NCBI GenBank assembly: GCA_003558085.1
Contig: PWMT01000088.1
Span: 1-19,080 of the forward strand
Source of the DNA: Methanobacteriaceae archaeon
GTDB taxonomy: Archaea; Methanobacteriota; Methanobacteria; Methanobacteriales; Methanobacteriaceae
DNA: 19,080 bases
Direction of reading: 5' to 3'
Part shown: positions 18,133-19,080 of the stretch, one piece after another
How positions within the stretch are numbered: the first letter of the stretch is position 1
Layout: every line of letters starts with the position of its first letter
The notes under the pieces: generated by a model
What the model was told of the DNA's origin: nothing
Database searches by the model: none
What the model saw: only the letters and a program-made list of their open reading frames with translations
Made by a program: the position numbers and the translations under genes

Positions 18133-18184
18133 GGGGTCCGGGCCCCCGGGCCCCCCTTAAGGGGGTCCGAGGGGCCCGTCCCCC
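18133..18184. repeat. 52 bp imperfect GC-rich palindrome centred on TTAA
   Basis: The axis lies between 18158 and 18159, and 21 of 26 positions pair. The core CCCCCTTAAGGGGG is perfect. Confidence 0.9.
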
Positions 18185-18297
18185 TAACCCATGTGCGGTA
18201 TATCGTGTATTATGTAGTAAAATCAAACACATACCGTGGGTCACGGAAAACGTGAACCACCCTGACCCACGGTGAACCACCGTGAACCACGGTTCTG

Positions 18298-18310
18298 TAA
18301 ACCCTTGATA
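18298..18310 (-). promoter_or_regulatory. IHF-consensus site
   Basis: The minus strand reads TATCAAGGGTTTA, matching WATCAANNNNTTR, inside the repeat array. Confidence 0.5.
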
Positions 18311-18580
18311 TGATTGCATATCTCGTGGTTCATCTTGACGTTCATCGAAATGAAACACCCCTATTTGCCGGAATCCGTGGTTCAACCGTGACCCACCGGC
18401 ATGACCCACGGCGCGGAAACCCCCGTAAATACTGTGGTTCATCGTGAACCACCGACGTTGACCCACGAGCGTACAAATGTAAACCACCCTGTCTACCCCT
18501 TCTGCGACGCAGTGCGTCGACGCACCCCCACTGTTCCACCCGTGAAACAGTGATTCCCGCACAACGAACAACCCTGCGGC

Positions 18581-18611
18581 TTGCCTGTTGCGCTATATTG
18601 CGCTATATAGC
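18581..18611 (+). promoter_or_regulatory. Putative promoter/operator of the rightward operon
   Basis: TTGCCT-17 bp-TATATA, overlapped by the tandem repeat TTGCGCTATA x2 (18588-18607) and the palindrome GCTATATAGC (18602-18611). Confidence 0.5.
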
Positions 18612-18647
18612 ACTCCCTCGATTAGAGGCCGCACCAGGAGAAACACA

Positions 18648-18851
18648 ATGAAGATCGAGCTACTGTCAGAGAAACAAGCTGCGCGCGTGCTATCTATCCA
18701 CCCCGGCACCCTGCGCCTGTGGCGACGCAACGGCGAGGGACCGCCGTGGATTGACCTCGCGCCGCACCGCAAACGACCCGTCGTGCGCTATCGCGCCGAC
18801 GAGCTCCAGCGGTGGATCGATTCCCGGGAGGGGCGCGATGGAAACGGCTGA
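18648..18851 (+). CDS. AlpA/excisionase-like winged-HTH DNA-binding protein (67 aa)
   Basis: AGGAG RBS before ATG 18648. LLSEKQAARVLSIHPGTLRLWRRNGEGPPWI...VRYRADELQRWI is a classic Xis/AlpA pattern. Confidence 0.9.
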   Translation: MKIELLSEKQAARVLSIHPGTLRLWRRNGEGPPWIDLAPHRKRPVVRYRADELQRWIDSREGRDGNG

Positions 18852-19080
18852 GCGGTGGCTGTCCGAGCTCTACGCGCATTGCGAATCCGGCCGGCTGGTC
18901 CTGTTCACGCTGCCCGGCCAAGCGGTCGCCTACTTCGACGTCGACGCCGCCGGGATAGATGCCGCCGCGCAGTGGGCCGAGGCTCAGGGCCAGCGGCGCA
19001 ACGTGTACTACTCACCCGTTCTCATGGCGGAGCACCTATCGCAAGGCCGAGGCACGGCCGCCGACGCGGTCACGATGCCC
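18838..19080 (+). CDS. RepB-type (AEP superfamily) DNA primase, N-terminal part (runs off the right edge)
   Basis: Not in the ORF track. My translation from ATG 18838 (GGGAGG upstream) gives METAERWLSELYAHCESG...NVYYSPVL...GRGTAADAVTMP. The VYY and RG..D motifs typically precede the catalytic DxD, which would fall beyond the window. Confidence 0.65.
   Translation, partial: METAERWLSELYAHCESGRLVLFTLPGQAVAYFDVDAAGIDAAAQWAEAQGQRRNVYYSPVLMAEHLSQGRGTAADAVTMP

Larger units (their letters stand above)
18123..18487. repeat. Iteron-like TGAMCCAC octamer array (putative replication origin)
   Basis: Exact forward copies start at 18253, 18263, 18273, 18283, 18389, 18402, 18445 and 18459. Reverse copies start at 18123, 18236, 18325, 18377 and 18434. 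A degenerate copy is at 18480. Confidence 0.85.
1..19080. mobile_element. Tailed phage or prophage segment (siphovirus-like virion operon, putative origin, start of replication module)
   Basis: Canonical gene order terS-terL-portal-protease-capsid-neck-tube-chaperones-tape measure-tail tip. No host genes in the window and no tail sheath gene. Confidence 0.97.

Noticed and set aside
18133-18184. Palindrome as an intrinsic terminator
   Set aside because: There is no U-tract on either strand and no gene ends directly upstream of it.
100-18275. Many long + strand ORFs (e.g. 2219..3145, 5982..7175, 13398..14573, 15833..16990, 17421..18275)
   Set aside because: They are antisense shadows of the GC-rich minus-strand genes, with Ser/Arg-rich low-information translations and no motifs.
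18251-18470. Repeat array as a CRISPR array
   Set aside because: The repeats are only 8-10 bp, occur in both orientations with irregular spacing, and no cas genes are present.
18128-18571. 147 aa minus-strand ORF across the repeat region
   Set aside because: Its translation simply reflects the DNA repeats (WFT, HG), it has no recognisable RBS or motif, and the region is better explained as non-coding.

Overview
This window is a GC-rich tailed-phage (or prophage) segment. About 17.9 kb of the minus strand (17946 down to <1) is a tightly coupled siphovirus-type morphogenesis operon, mostly joined by ATGA/GTGA overlaps. The order is: Cys-rich lipoprotein, terS, terL, portal fused to a MuF-like domain, Mu I/Z-like protease with a nested scaffold start, DUF2190-like cement protein, major capsid, head-tail adaptor, Mu gpG-like protein, tail terminator, small fibre-like protein, tail tube, G/GT chaperones with a GGGAAAG -1 frameshift, tape measure and four divergent tail-tip genes. 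A ~700 bp non-coding region follows. It holds tandem hairpins, a 52 bp imperfect palindrome centred on TTAA, an AT-rich patch, 13 exact TGAMCCAC octamers in both orientations and an IHF-consensus site, and is most likely the replication origin. Beyond it, transcribed divergently on the + strand, are an AlpA/Xis-like HTH gene and the start of a RepB-type primase. No sheath, integrase, repressor, endolysin, RNA gene or CRISPR array is visible. All product calls come from recognised motifs and gene order, not database searches.
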